From: Antedon mediterranea
Taxonomy: Eukaryota > Animalia > Echinodermata
Reading direction: 5' to 3'
Assembly (NCBI RefSeq): GCF_964355755.1
Contig: NC_092672.1
Coordinates: 15,810,001-15,874,000 of the forward strand
Length of the DNA stretch: 64,000 nt
The position numbers and the translations under genes were made by a program. A model generated the notes under the pieces. That model was not told the DNA's origin. It made no database searches and saw only the letters and a program-made list of their open reading frames with translations. How positions within the stretch are numbered: the stretch's first letter is position 1; every line of letters begins with the position of its first letter. Below, piece after piece: positions 1 to 14,195 of the stretch.

Positions 1-1806
1 AATTATCTTCTAAAATTGTTATTTTTGTATGTCAATTTGATGATGTCATCGTGTTAATAATTGGATTTAAAAGATGGGTCTCGTAATTCCGTCTATGCTA
101 CACTGTATATAACATATACAGCGTATTCTGTAAATATTGTAATATGATGTATGCTACAAAATAGGTACAATTCAGCACTGTAAACATATTTATTGAATGT
201 CAAAGGATGGCATAATAATTGTCGAGGTTCATATAGTTTAAAGTATGTGCATGTTGCGTATGCGCGGATAACCCGAACTCGTCAAAGTGACGAGTTCAAA
301 TCTAGTTTTTCTGTATTCTTCTTTCTTTCTGTCATTTTTGTGTCATGCGTATCTCAAAAACGTGTAAACATAACATTTTATAACTTTGTCAACATGTGGG
401 CACCCACATGAAGTTGTGCACCTGCTATTGTGAATGACGTCAGAAATGCGCAACGTAACTTACGCGCGTTTTTATGAATTTCGCGTTTTTAACATATATC
501 GAAAACCATATAACAACGTAAATTGAAACTTAACAAAAGTTGAATTTATATCTTGCGCTAGCTGACTGTGAACAAAAAATGGCATGTTTCACACGAAGTT
601 ACGCGCGCACGCGCGTTTAAAATTTAAAAATGCGAAAAATCAATTTCTAATCAACTTTCTACGCGTTTCATGTCATTTTGAGCATGTAAAAAATTCCCAC
701 GCGCGTGCATTTTTTTACTCGCATGGTGCAAAAACTATTTTTTTTGCGTGATTTATGTTTTTTCAGCCTTTTCTAATAATTTTACCAACTTTTAAACAAT
801 TTCGACTTAAAATTACGTCATACGGGCACGTTGAATTGGATAATTTACGTGCGTTTTGGATGAAAAAGTAAAAAAATTTGTCAAAATTATGCCTTTTTTA
901 AACAGTCATAGATTCTAAACAACGAGGTGAACTTTTTTTTAATTACATATTCTGGAAGTTGATGAGTTGTAGATATCGGATCATGAATCAATGTAGCTAA
1001 CCGGACATTGTGACGTCATCGTATGGCCACACGAATGTAAAATATAGGATTTTTGTCTATTTCGTTATTGCTCATCATATTCAATGGAGCGCATCACGCC
1101 TATCTGTATTCCTTTTTCTCCGAGATTTTAATATTATCTAGGTCAATCAACTATCTTACGCATGAGATAAAAATATTTAAATTTTTATGACGTCATCATG
1201 CCTAAAAATTATAATTAACAGGGTCATTAATTTCATCTGTACAGTAAATTTTAATGTGTTATAGCTCGTAAGAATAAAAAGTGATAATCACGATTAAAAC
1301 GTTTTCTGGAAGCTATTGGACTGTAGATACGAATTAATGTGAACATTTTGTCAATCGGATGTTGTGACGTCATCATATGGCCAGTTGAATAAAAAAAGTC
1401 GTATTTTCATATTTTGCGTAATAGTTCATCACATTTAAAAGGGTGCGCATCTATATTTCACGTATTCAAATTTCTTCTACACGTTAATATGTTGTTTCTG
1501 AGATAATTTCCTTCTGAAATTGCTATCTAAGTGTTTAATTTTGATACCGTCGCCATGTTAAAAATTGGAATAAATGGCGGGTCCCGTAATTTCACCTATT
1601 CTACACTGTATGTAATATGTATACAGATTATACTGTTTGCATGTATATACAATATGACACAAAATTGAAAGAATTCAGCACTAACAGCATATCGTATTCT
1701 TCAGTTCTTGTCATAATGCCATAATCTTTATCTGTGTGACGTGCACGTGGCGTTTGTCGTGGTGCGGATAACTAATTTGTCAAAGTGACAAGTTTCATGT
1801 CTAGTT
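1..1806 (+). mobile_element. Helentron/HINE-like non-autonomous rolling-circle elements, stacked copies
   Basis: Unit 3' ends: GCGGATAAC subterminal repeat, hairpin AACTCGTCAAAGTGACGAGTT, then CTAGT (262-306 and about 1764-1806). The same family recurs across the window. Confidence 0.7.
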
Positions 1807-4051
1807 ATAATAAATATTGATTGATTAAACATGCCTACTATCCTCTTTTATTACCCCAACATTATTAGAAATAAACCTTACTCATAATCGATTAATTAAA
1901 AATCATTAATCTTTAGGCAGACACAGTATTATTATCACAGGAACATATTTATCACTCTGATGAAATTTCTATATCTCTGTCCAATTATAAACATTAAAAG
2001 TGTAAATAATTGAAAAAAGTTCAGTTGATTTGTAATAAAAAAAAAAAAAAATTAAAAAAAAAGAAATAAAATATGGTAAATAGTCCAGTCATTAAACAAT
2101 TACAGGTAATTGAAATCTACATTTTCATTCCAAAGCATAAAAATATGATTAATTTGCACTTTCTATAAAGATAACATTACATTTTATATGTTAATTTGTA
2201 ATAAATTTTAATTTTACAGTCATATGTTCTCTGTTTATAGCCTATTTCCTATAGAATAACTTTCCGTATCCCTATTCAATGTGCGAGGCGCCCTTGAAAT
2301 TGTGTAAATGGCACTGACCATAGTGTCTCGCGTTTATTTGCATTGAGCGATATCTTCCTACTACACTATCTTTGGTTATTTATAAAATATTTGTTTTTTT
2401 TATATAAATCTGCAAATTTTTTGGAAAATTCAAATTCACCAGATTGTTATAACGCAGGGGTTGGAAGGTCTGTGTATATTACAGGTGGGACGGGGGCGCA
2501 ATTATTCTAAATGATGATGTTTTCAGGTTGGGGTGGCATTTACAAAAATTGTTTCAAAGTAATTGGTAAATTTTTGTAGGTCATAGCAGACATAGAATTC
2601 AGCTTCAAATAGAATCGTGTTATACTAATACAATATTGTGGAATGGCGGAAGTGGGGGAGAGGTTTTTTTTATTATTTTAAATTCCCCCCACCCTCTCTC
2701 TAGCAGGCCCGTCAGATACCCAGATAACTTTTTATTTTTGTTAAGTGCTTTGAGGCTTTGCATATGACAATTATTGGGGTCTCGGGTATGGAAACGTGAA
2801 GCGAGAAACAATTGGCTAGGGGCCAGTTTCAACAAACAGATTTTGGGATGGTTATTCGGATAATTTCGGACATAATGGTGGGACCTACAAACAGATTCTA
2901 TAAAGGCAGTGTGAAAAGAATTATATGTATTTAAGGAATATTAAACTAGGCTATAGACCAAGTCTTTTTATTTTATTCCCGATTTTATTTTTAAAAGACA
3001 TTTAAAAGACTCTTTGATCCGCCACTATTCATTAAAAAAATGAGTACAAAATGATGACTATGATTGATAGGATTATAAAATATATAAAACAAAGGATGTA
3101 CCGGTAATAATAAAGTATATATTTTCAAATTGAATTTGAAAATCGGTATGAAAATATTACTTTTTAAAGAAATTAATAGAAACAGGGGACTAAATTGGTA
3201 GACTACCACATGATTCGATGAGGTTGACAGGTATGGGTATTGCTGGTTAAGATCACCAAGTATAACTATATATTTGTTTTTAAACTAAAACTGATTTTGT
3301 AATGAGTGAGTTACATTAAGTTCTTACATTTTGATTAAGAATTTTGATTTTAAAATAGAGAAATTGAAGGACAATGATGGTGCAGTTGCAAGAGGTAAAC
3401 AAGCAACTGCAGGTATTGGCTGGGGAGGAAGGTGATAAAGGTTTTCAGCATTTTCACTTTGTGTACAAACAAATTCTGTTTAACTCTGTTTTACTGGGTA
3501 TAGAAAAAACAATTATTTAATCGTATCTAGCTATAATATACAGCACCTTCTATATGTTTTAGATAAACTTGAATATATTTTCAATTAATTAAAAATAGTT
3601 TCCAGTAAAACATGGGCCCTTTATAGTTTTTAATACCGACTTGGAATTTTGATTTCAGTTTCAGTTCTATAAAAAGATTTTATATAGTCGAAGGCTAGAT
3701 CGCAATGAACAATGTTATAGCAGTTCAAAAGTGATTCTCCATGGAGAGGGAACCAACAAGATGACGGCTGCAACCGACAAATCAGATATGCCCTACGCAG
3801 TATGCACTACTACGCCTGTGTTGAGCCTATCTGCGTGAGAACGATACACAAGCAGCGTATAAACGCAAACGCATTCTGTATGATCCTCGTATAAAAATGC
3901 TAGATTACCAAGAAATTATTCATTCTATTGCGATAAACAATAATTATATTTAATTTTATAAAAACTTCACTGTGCTTTGACAAGAATATGTGTTGTAATT
4001 TATGTGGTCTTAATGTATTATATTAGATTATTATTTTTTATATTAAACTAG

Positions 4052-4901
4052 GGGCCTGTTTCTATAGAGCAGAGAATACGGTTTTGAATACCGTTCTTTT
4101 CAAGAACCGTTTTTTCTTGCCAGCAGAAATGGGTCCCCGCAAAAAACCACAAAAAAGAACCGATCTTAAAAACGGTTTCAAAAACCCCAATTGATTGCGG
4201 TCTCGATCGCAAAGAACCGTTCTGAAACCGGTTTCCGCGGAGCAATTTTTAGCTGCAACACAATCGCGGTCTCAATTTGACCCCAAAAACTGAACTCTGC
4301 AGTCTGCTGCACTGGGATGATTGCGGTCAACTCGCAGTCAAACTCGCGCGATAGGACCTAGGCCTAAGTCATTTTTATTTCTCTAGATAGTGAGTATTTT
4401 ATTTAACTAAAAAATGTTGACCGATGCTATTACGAGGTTCGTAAAAAATATGTGAAGGAAAGAAGATGAGGGGACTTGTCGGGAGTCGGAAGAAAGACTC
4501 GCGTATAATAGGCCTACATGTTTTTAAGAATATTGTAAAGCGTGTGAAAAATAGACGAGTTCAACTTGACAATATCAGAGGGTGCGACGTACCTATACTT
4601 TAACCAAGGACCACAATAACGTTTCAGGTAATAATTCCCCCTTCTATGATGAAATGGATGCTATTTCTTGGGGATCGCGCTATGCGAAAAAAAGTAAACA
4701 TGACCTCGATCAAATCGCGCTTCCGCCTAACGAACTGCATTGTGGTGTATATAATGACGTCATTCATAACGAACGCACATGGACGGAACCGGTTTTATTG
4801 GAGTAAAAATTGAGCTGCAACGCGATCTTTATTTATAAACAACAGCCGAAACCGGTTTCCAAAAAACCGTTCTTTTTTTATTTTTCAATAGAAACAGGCC
4901 C
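4052..4901 (+). mobile_element. PIF/Harbinger-derived non-autonomous element with Myb/SANT remnant
   Basis: TIR GGGCCTGTTTCTAT/ATAGAAACAGGCCC; 3-bp TSD TAG; internal RRTYTLTKDHNNVSGNNSPFYDEMDAI. Confidence 0.8.
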
Positions 4902-5107
4902 TAGAAAGCCACTCCGAGAGTGCATACCTCCGCCTACTGTAAAACCTGATGATGATCGTCGTGGGAGTCACTATTTTCTCTCTTTTATACACAAGGGAGC
5001 AGTTAAAATAATAGATTTGAAGCTAAAGGTGATTGGAAACAGGCACTTTCCATCAATCAATACAGTGTCCCTTTGGAAGACTGAAGAAAAAACCAGATCG
5101 TGGGACT

Positions 5108-6520
5108 CGAGAAAAGAAATAGGTTTTTTAAAACTACTCGTATAAAAAACCTGTACATTAAATCAAATTATGTTGTTAAAATTACAAATCACAATTTATA
5201 ACTCTTGCCTCTTGTGCAAAAATGAGGTTTTTTAGACAAGTAGTTCTCGAGAAAATGCAATTTCAGTACACTTGTTACTTTAAGACTGCTCGCCGGCTTT
5301 TGAAAAATTGTCTCCTATCTTTTAACACTAGCCGGTCTGAAAATAATATCATTTTTGTTATTTGTGAAGTTATTAATAAACCAATTGTCATGATTTTCAA
5401 TAGGCATGGCCTGAGAGTATATACCTATCTACACCAAAAAATTTAGAATGATAACTTGAAAACAGTAGGCGCTATCGTGCTAACAAACAAACAAACAAAC
5501 AAACAAACAAAGTAAATACTATACTTGGCAAAATTCTTTTTGCCAAGTAATGAAAGCACTCAGAAACTGAGTGAAGTACTTGGCAAAATATATCCACTGA
5601 CTCGGAGCATGTTGAAGGATAATTTTTTTTGCTTTAGGTATTAGCTTTACATTGTTAAAATCCTGCTGGGGTTAATAATTTGTTTAAATAATTTTTGGAT
5701 ACAAACAACTCCGGCATTGCAACAATGACCTTTCTAAAATCAAGATTGACCAGAATAATGATCGAGGAGTGTCTTGAAGCTATGCCGATTTGCGGCGCCT
5801 CTGCCTTAACCCATGTAGTAAGCGTAACCGCTTGACCAGTCGACTAATGTTTTGGTCCATATCAAAGAATATGTCCATGTTAAAAGAAGATAGAATGCGT
5901 GCTATTTAATATATCATACGGAAGATAAGCTTTTGTGACAAACAATATCAATTTACCTGAAAATCAATAGGCATGTTCTGTAAGTATATACCTACGTACA
6001 GAATGAAATAAGGAAGGACACACACTGGTACTAACAAAACTAATTATCAACTAACAATAGATTAATTTGAATAACAATAGAACAGCAACGCCAAAAACAA
6101 ACGGGTGAATTTGAGAAGAAATAGGTTTTTTAAAACTACTTGTATGAAAAAGCCGGTACATTGAATCAACTTTTGTTTTAAAATTACAAATCACAAATTA
6201 TAACCCTTGCCTCTTGTCCAAAAATGAGTTCTCGAGAAAATGTAATTTCAGTCTATGTGTTACTTTAAAACTGCTCACCGGCTTTTGAAAATTGTCTCAT
6301 ATCTTTTAACACTAGCCGGTCTGAAAATAATATCATTTTTGTTATTTTGTGAAGTTATTAATACACCAATTTTGTTGATTTTCAATAGGCATGGTCTGAA
6401 GGTATATACCTATCTACATCCAAAAATTCAGAACGATAACTTGAAAACTGTAGGCGCTATCGTGCTAACAAACAAACAAACAAACACACAAACAAAGTGA
6501 ATACTATACTTGGCAAAAAG
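5108..6520 (+). repeat. Two ~430-bp direct repeats (about 5108-5550 and 6112-6520) ending in (AAAC)n and a CTTGGCAAAA..TTTTGCCAAG hairpin; rolling-circle-like element
   Basis: Visible direct repeat, microsatellite and terminal stem-loop. Confidence 0.65.
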
Positions 6521-6816
6521 CAGTCTGGAGTACTCCCTCTAGCCTTCGGCTTTACCTCACTGGTTCTATATTAGTTTTTTATCACAGTAAACTTTCGTTA
6601 TTTCTACGATTTTGTGTGTAATTTTTTATAAACCTTTATATTTTTTTTTTATATTTTCATTTATTATACTGTACGTACCCTTGTCATTATAGTGTAATAT
6701 AATGATATACTTTTATAATTAAGAAATCGACCTTTGTATCAGAATTCAAATAAGTTCACAAACTTGACCCAGAAAGTCCAGAGGAGAAATTGTCCAGATG
6801 TTTCAAAAGTACATTA

Positions 6817-7796
6817 GGGTATGTTCAGACCTACGGAGTTATGCTTTCGTATCACAGCCAAGGTCATATTTTAATGAGCGTCGTAAGAGCAAAGTGTTCA
6901 GATTCATTGCAACGAAGTTGCGTTATAAACGGATATGATGTCACTCGCTGGCGATTAACCAAACTCTAACACACGCATAGACCTACCTTCGTTGTAGTAG
7001 TGGTTGGTTTAGGAGTTACAGGCCTAGACCGAACACTTGGGCTCGGCATTATCGATTGGTTGTCAGGCATACCAACCAGCCGATCATTTTGGGGTTTGGG
7101 TTTATATTTGGTCTATGACCTAAAATATCATTTATGGCAGAAAAATGTTCAAATCCCGTACTTGCACCGGCTCCAGATTTATTTACTCGGTCTTTCGCCG
7201 CTTTATATGACGACCCCTTCAATTTCGTTTGGATATTAAATCCTTCTTTATGAGGATGGCCCATCTGCTAACGTGTCCACCATCTCGTTGAACACAGACA
7301 TCTTGTTGTCGGTGCTTTTACGCCAGTTTTTCACTTCCAACCGATCTCTGAACTCAGGGCTTCCCCACAATGAAATAAGGTATTTTACTTCGGTCTCTCG
7401 CCAATGCGCACGCTTCGATGACATTTTAAATTAATTAATATAATAATATTAATAATAATACTGTATAGTGTAACAACAAAAGGTATGATTTTTTTGCACG
7501 TTCACCGATCACAACAAATGGATCAGCTTGGCTATACGATGAGGAGCACATGTCACGATGTGATGTGGCGAATATTGTAATTTGATTGGCTAGATATCTA
7601 ACCTAGGTCATATTCATCGATGCGTGACTTTCGTATTGTAAGCGACGTCCACTAAACTCATACCTTGAGCTTTCGTAGCGTACGAAATATCAGTGTCGTA
7701 CGAGGTGGCTTCCACTAATCTTTTCCTGGTTCAGACCTATGGACTTGTACGCCGCGTACAGTACGAAAGCATAACTCCGTAGGTCTGAACAGGCCC
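6817..7796 (-). mobile_element. Harbinger-derived element with frameshifted Myb/SANT (trihelix) gene 7049-7424
   Basis: TIR of about 34 bp, GGG..TGTTCAGACCTACGGAGTTATGCTTTCGTA. MSSKRAHWRETEVKYLISLWG...IQTKLK..YKAAKDRVNKSGAG...FEHFSAINDILGHRP. Confidence 0.8.
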
Positions 7797-8065
7797 TCTG
7801 TCAATTTAGCTCATAATTAAATCCCAAAAGTAAACAGTTTATTTGACCTCTCTAACTGTTCCCATCGTAAAACAATTAGATATTGACAGTTTTAAGCAAA
7901 GATTCGACAGGGCCAATTCATCATTGTAACCTCCCCAGATAAGATCAATCACTCCCACTTAAACACCCCTGGATCAACTTAGGACCAATCATTAACCTCT
8001 AAAATTACGTAATGACATATGCAAATGAACCGAAGCCAATATACCCTCAAGTTTCAGAAGAGCCC

Positions 8066-8200
8066 AGACACACCTTACAGCCACCTCACGGAGCACACAC
8101 CTTACAGCCACCTCACGGAGCACACACCTTACAGCCACCTCACGGAGCACACACCTCACAGCCACTTCTTCAGAAGCAGACCTACACACTTCACACCTCA
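8066..8200 (+). repeat. 27-bp minisatellite (CACACACCTTACAGCCACCTCACGGAG) within a possible solo LTR at 7925-8310
   Basis: About 3.5 near-exact units. Surrounding segment runs TGTAA...TTACA with AATAAA at 8259; no TSD. Confidence 0.7.
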
Positions 8201-9719
8201 CCGACAGCATCACTGATCCTCCGTTCCTTATCTTTAGTTATAGTTGTATATTGTACTGAATAAACAATATATGTGTTACGACAGTTAAGCGAGTAAGAGT
8301 CTTCATTACAAGTCAGTACCTCAACAACACAACACTATATTACAATACATTGCTATTCTGTAAGAATTTCTTATTGAAAAAGCAGTTTTTATCTTTGATT
8401 TGGTAAAAAATGAAATTCAATATGGCCACCATGATGTCACATACAAAAATTGTTGCGTTGAGTTGACTAGATTTAATGGTTTTACTGGAAAGGGGGTAAA
8501 GATTAACTTCAACGTTACGATCGTTAAAACTGACCAATCAAATGGTTCACAAATTACGTCATTATTTGTGAAAAAATAGATACGCGCTGACAATTCTTGA
8601 ATCTTTACAACACAATTTAATTTAATGTTTGTCTTTAGTGTAAGCCAGCATTAAGATATTAGTGAAAGCATGTCCTAGGCTGGGTTGAAGCATCAAAACC
8701 CATAACTTTTACAATTTTCACTGCGCATGGCTGGCCTTGGTTTTGCAACATCCGCATGTCCCAGCAACACTAACACTATAAAAAGTGTAAATATTAGCGG
8801 TAACGTTACGTCGACATAAAAACAGGCTTAATACTGCACAGTGAAAGGGTTAAAGGAATTTGCTATTAGCATGGTGGATTTGAAACCTGAAAATCATAAA
8901 GGTGCCTATGACCCACAGTGGGCCAGAATCCATTCAAAACGTGTGCCAAAAATCCAAATGGATAATGTCACAAATTCAATTCTTTTTTACTATTTTGAGG
9001 AAGAAAATACCTAAATTATACTAATCCACCACAATATTAAGGCCAATTTAAAATTCATTAATAATCAATCTATTTTTATTATTAAACTAAGAAAGTATCT
9101 CGTCGTTGATATTCCTATATGATATATATATTTCGGTTTGATGATATTAAGCTTTTCACTTTTTGTATTTATAATTGTACTTTTTATATTGCCTTTATTT
9201 GCATTTTAAAATTAATTTTTTATTATGTCCTTCACATGTCTTACTACTTACCCCATTGGAAATAAATTGACTTGTCGAGGACGTCCTAGTCCCTGCATCC
9301 ATTCACTTGGTTTTATATATTTTAAAATTCAAATTTCATTTATTTTTTCTTTGTTATGTATTTTAAATGTCGTGTTGAATGGATGCTAAATGAATAAATA
9401 AAAATAATTTACACAGACAAGCGATTCTATTTTATCAAGATACCTCACTGTAATTTTGAAATCTGTCCAATCAACGACATGATTGACATCATCCATCAAA
9501 AACTTTTTTGTGTGCGTCCAATGAGTTCAAGATGTCAATAATATAATTGCCAAAGTAAGCCCAGACTAGTTTCAGAACTGATTGTTTTAAGGATAGTGTA
9601 AAGAAAAGATACATTTGGGATGTTATTATATTAGTGTTGATGACTGGTATACTGGCCTAGGCTCATGCTCCAGGCCTACTACTGACATTCACAATACATT
9701 CAGGCCATACACTATATAC

Positions 9720-10825
9720 TGTATAAATACATACTACGTACAGTGTGTAGCATAGGTGAAAATAACGGGACCCGCCTTTTATTCCAATAAAAAAATAGAA
9801 TATAGATGCACGCTTGTTTATATGTGATGAACTATGACACTAAAGATGAAAATACGACTTTCATAATTTAACTGGACATACCGTAGGATGACATCACACC
9901 ATCCGATGCACAAATGTGTACATGAACTCGTATCTACAATTTAACAGCTTCCAGAAAACGAATATTATTGATTAAAATAAATATTGATTGATTACACATG
10001 CCTAACATTTTTAGAAATAAACTATAATCGATTATTAAATATAATAATTAAAAATCATTAATCTATAGGCATACACATTATTATTTGTATCACTAGAACA
10101 TATTTATTACATAAATTGAATACGTATAAGTGGAGATGCGCTCTATTAAATGTAATCAGCTATGAGGAAAGAGACAAATATCCTATATTTCATATTCGAG
10201 TGGCCATATGATGACGTCACAATGTTCAGTTAGCTATATTGATGCATGATCCGATATCTACAACTCAATACCCTCCATAATATGTAATAAAAATAAATTT
10301 CAACATTTATTTTAGAAACTATGAGTGTATAAACAATGACATAATTTTGACGAATTTTTAAACTTTTCATAAAAAACGTGCGCGAATTATCAAATTCAAC
10401 ATACGGTAGCTCATATGACATGATTTTAAGTCGAAATAGTTTCAAATTTGGTGAAAAGGCTGGAAAACATAATTCACACGAAAAAATTATGTTTTTAACG
10501 CCACGTGCACACCACGTGCATACAAATTTGCATGCGCATGGGAAATTTGACATGCTTAAAATGACATGAAATGCGTAGAAAGATTTTTTGCATTTTTAAT
10601 TTTTCAACGTGTGTGCGCGTGTAATCTTGGGTGGAATATCAGAAAGTTAGCGCATGACATAAATTACACTTTTGCTAAGTTTAATTCAATTTAAAATGTT
10701 AATTCGAAAACTGTTTTCGAAATTAATAAAATATCGCTTTATGTTGCGCAATTGTAAACGCCATGAAAATGTTAGCTGCACAACTTCACGTGAATGACGA
10801 TATGTTGAGAAAGTTACAAAATGAG
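9720..10825 (-). mobile_element. HINE-like family fragment
   Basis: Reverse-complement similarity to about 370-1650. Confidence 0.7.
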
Positions 10826-11225
10826 AGGCATCATTGTCCGGCATTATTGCCAACATTTCTGCCAGTCATCCCTACACTATCATATCCATTAGAGCTTGTT
10901 TAATGGAACATTGCCACATCGTCTTTATATAATGGTCCTCTACAACCTCATCTCAGAAACTGCACAGACATCACAAGCACAACATAAAATCTTTACATCA
11001 CATTTATAAACTCATTTACAGCATTGTTTTTGTCATGATAGTCATAATCTTGCGTAATTCAGCGAAGACAACCAGGGAGTACACCAATGTAAATTTTGAA
11101 AAAAAATTATAAATTGTGTTTGCAGGACTGAGGACACCCTATCACTTATCTATCGTCTAATCATGTACTCATTAAGCTACTTTGTTTTTCAACCTAAGTT
11201 GTCCAGTTAAAATTGCAAATACATG

Positions 11226-12581
11226 TTACTTTGAATATGTTGCAGAAGAATATCGAATCATTGTTTTGTAGCTGACCTCTTCAATTTCAGCATATACAGA
11301 TTCATCATCCATATCAGGGGATACCTGTATTGCAACATGTCGTTTTAGGTACACACCCTCACGGGGATGTAATGGTAGCGGCGAGACATCTTTTGGCTCA
11401 AAATAAACTTCAGGTTGAGCAATGCGATAATTTGATTCATACATCTGAATTCCACGTTTACACATATGAAAATAACAGAGTGATACAGCAACTAATAAAG
11501 CAGTGAAAAGAAGTAAGCCACCAGCTATAGAAAGAATTGCAGTTGAGTTAATTACACGATCATCAGGCTCCAATTTTTCTACGGTTTGGACTATAGGATT
11601 TTCAAGTACAACAAATGCATCTTTGACAATTAGAAATGAATTTGCATAACCTGCACCGATTTCATTGGCAACTGAACATGTTACTGTTGTTCCATTCATA
11701 TAGTGCTTCACATTAGTAATTCGTAACACTTGGTCCATATTTTCAAGTTGAAAAAACTGGTGATCTATGTGTGGAATAAATGACCATGTATACACAAAAG
11801 GACTAGGATTAGAAGATGCCGAACAAACTAATAAGGCTTCTGATCCTTCTTCAATCGATATGTAATTCTGCATGGATACTATTGGTCTATATAGTACATC
11901 AATAGGCCCAATTGTGCAATTTCGTGTTACTTTAAGAGAGGAAATTTGGCTACAAATATAAACATCACCATTATTATCTTTATTAAGTTTAAATGAATAA
12001 ATAGAAACAATAAGGTCTCCATTAATATTTGGTGTTTCTCCTGGGTTTAATAACTTTCCGTAGTGATACCATCGCAGATTCACAGGGGGTATGACTTTTT
12101 CCGAAGTACATGTCATTGTTATACTTTCTCCTTCACGATGCTGGTCTTTTCTTGCATTACATTCTGGGAACTGTGGTGCCGGTATGGCAGTTATGATTAA
12201 TCCAACTGCGATAGTTTCAGCAAGCACCTTATATCCATCAACAACTGCACATGAATATTTATAGTTGGCATCTGAACGAACTGCTTTTGTGATTACAAGT
12301 GTGTACATTCCAATCCCATTGTCAACTTTAAGTTCAAAATGGTTTCTATACATTTCCTTTACATCAATTCCAATGCTAATAATATCATTATCACGCCTCC
12401 ATACAACTTGCTGCTGTTGTGATAAAGTTGAAATATCCACTGTACAAGATAAAACAATCTGATCACCTTCATTGCTTTGGTATTCTGAAGGATCTATCTT
12501 AAAGACAGGGGACTTTTCTCCATTGATAAACCAAATTAGGATTAACAACTTGAACACCCATAATAGCAACATCATTTTCAA
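11226..12581 (-). CDS. Intronless type I membrane Ig-superfamily receptor (signal peptide, V-C2-C2/I Ig domains, TM, tyrosine-motif tail; nectin/CADM/Kirrel-like architecture)
   Basis: 451-aa uninterrupted ORF. Hydrophobic N-terminus; three C..W..C Ig cores (VLSC/VVW/YSC; ITMTC/LRW/YIC; LLVC/YTW/VTC); TM AILSIAGGLLLFTALLVAVSLCYF; tail contains SVYAEI and VSYKTM. Confidence 0.88.
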   Translation of the reverse strand: MKMMLLLWVFKLLILIWFINGEKSPVFKIDPSEYQSNEGDQIVLSCTVDISTLSQQQQVVWRRDNDIISIGIDVKEMYRNHFELKVDNGIGMYTLVITKAVRSDANYKYSCAVVDGYKVLAETIAVGLIITAIPAPQFPECNARKDQHREGESITMTCTSEKVIPPVNLRWYHYGKLLNPGETPNINGDLIVSIYSFKLNKDNNGDVYICSQISSLKVTRNCTIGPIDVLYRPIVSMQNYISIEEGSEALLVCSASSNPSPFVYTWSFIPHIDHQFFQLENMDQVLRITNVKHYMNGTTVTCSVANEIGAGYANSFLIVKDAFVVLENPIVQTVEKLEPDDRVINSTAILSIAGGLLLFTALLVAVSLCYFHMCKRGIQMYESNYRIAQPEVYFEPKDVSPLPLHPREGVYLKRHVAIQVSPDMDDESVYAEIEEVSYKTMIRYSSATYSK

Positions 12582-13613
12582 ATTGTATAGTCTTACTGCA
12601 GGCCTACAATACTTGCTAGTTAGTTAATGTTATTTATCTACAAAATTTAGAAAAATAGTTAATTTATCAAAGATAAATGTAGGAAATAATAGTTCACCCT
12701 GATCCTTCAGCAACAGCAGTTTATACAAATTACCATTTAGTATCAGTTTCAGTCAGTTTTGCTTGTACTGTAGTTTTATTTGGGTGCATCCAAAGAAATT
12801 ACTAGATACTGTAGTTTTTTGCAATAAACAATCCTTTATAGTATACAATTAATCCAGAATATTAATGACATCAAGGTGGTTCAAGATAAATTCCATATCT
12901 TTACTCCTTTAAATTTAATGTTCCTTATTGTATTTGACAAAGTTCACAAAAATCTTTCCATGATTCAATATCCTATGCTATTTCTCTTGAAAGTTTAGAA
13001 CAATCCGTTCTATTCTGTTAACAGACATGAAATGAAATTCATGCCATCAGATTTTATTTGTCACTACTTTATGTAAATCAAATCAACCCAATGCATAACA
13101 AAATTAGCAAGATGGGATGGGTTTTTATTATAGTAAGATAACAACGGCCAAGTCGATGTAAGATCTTGTTATCACTATTGTATGGGAAAATTATTTTGTC
13201 AAAAAACATAATTACTCTCACACAATAATGAACAAAAAGCATGTTTGAAAGATGTTTTAATAATAATAATTTTTAATTGTAAAGCCTTTTGTATTAAATA
13301 ATAAATAATAATAAACCGATTAAAGATGCATGTTATGACAGTGAATATGCCTAAAAATAAGCTTTTCTATGGCCAATAAAGTATTTAGCAATTTGATTTA
13401 CAACATGTCACAGTTTAGGAAAATCAATAACTATCTATTAGATTACATTGTTGCCAAACCTGCCACATGATAATATTTAACTTAATCAAATTTCTGAGCA
13501 ATGACTTTCAGATCAATAAAGCATTTCAAAACATTGAAGTCTTGCATATAAGTTTGCAAAGCCAGTGTAGTCTTCGCCATAAATATAATTATCGGTCATC
13601 TTTTTTATTCAAT

Positions 13614-14092
13614 AGGGAGGTTTCGCAACCTTACGAATACGATAACGAAAACGGATATGTCACACATTTGTGAAACTTTTGAGCTGATCCCCATTTCATA
13701 TTCGTCAACACGAATATGCTTTACGTAACTACAAAACAAGTATAGTTTTTGATTTATTTTGCACATTTTGCATTTGAATCAGGAAAGATTCATGATTATA
13801 ATATAATTATAGATTTTTTGAAAGTACCGTAATTTGTTAAAGTAATTTACTAAAATGCTAGGTCAATTTTGATAAAAAGCAGTTTTTAAAGTCCTCACTC
13901 GCTTTGTTACGCTAGGCCTAGGCAGACAAGCAAAACGTACCTGCGCTTCACTCAAATTTACCGCAGTCATATTTTGGACGGCGCCCTCAATATTTCGTTG
14001 CCATGCGAAACAAATTTTTACTGGCTTACCAAAAACGAATACATGTGCGTGACGTATCCGTTTTCGTATTCATAGGATTGCGTAACCTCTCT
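13614..14092. mobile_element. MITE with 3-bp TSD
   Basis: Imperfect TIR of about 45 bp, AGGGAGGTTTCGCAACCT..ACGAAAACGGATA.GTCAC; AAT on both sides. Confidence 0.7.
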
Positions 14093-14195
14093 AATCAGAA
14101 CCTATACCAACACAGTGACATACATTATTTATGTTCTAGTTTTACACATAGGCCTTTACGGTGATGCTGAAAAGATATTTCCCCATTTCTCATCA

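Noticed and set aside
2081-2100. TAGTCCAGTCATT Academ-like terminus
   Set aside because: No partner TIR or extended similarity found nearby.
7992-8263. Repetitive ORFs in three frames
   Set aside because: Artefact of a 27-bp minisatellite.
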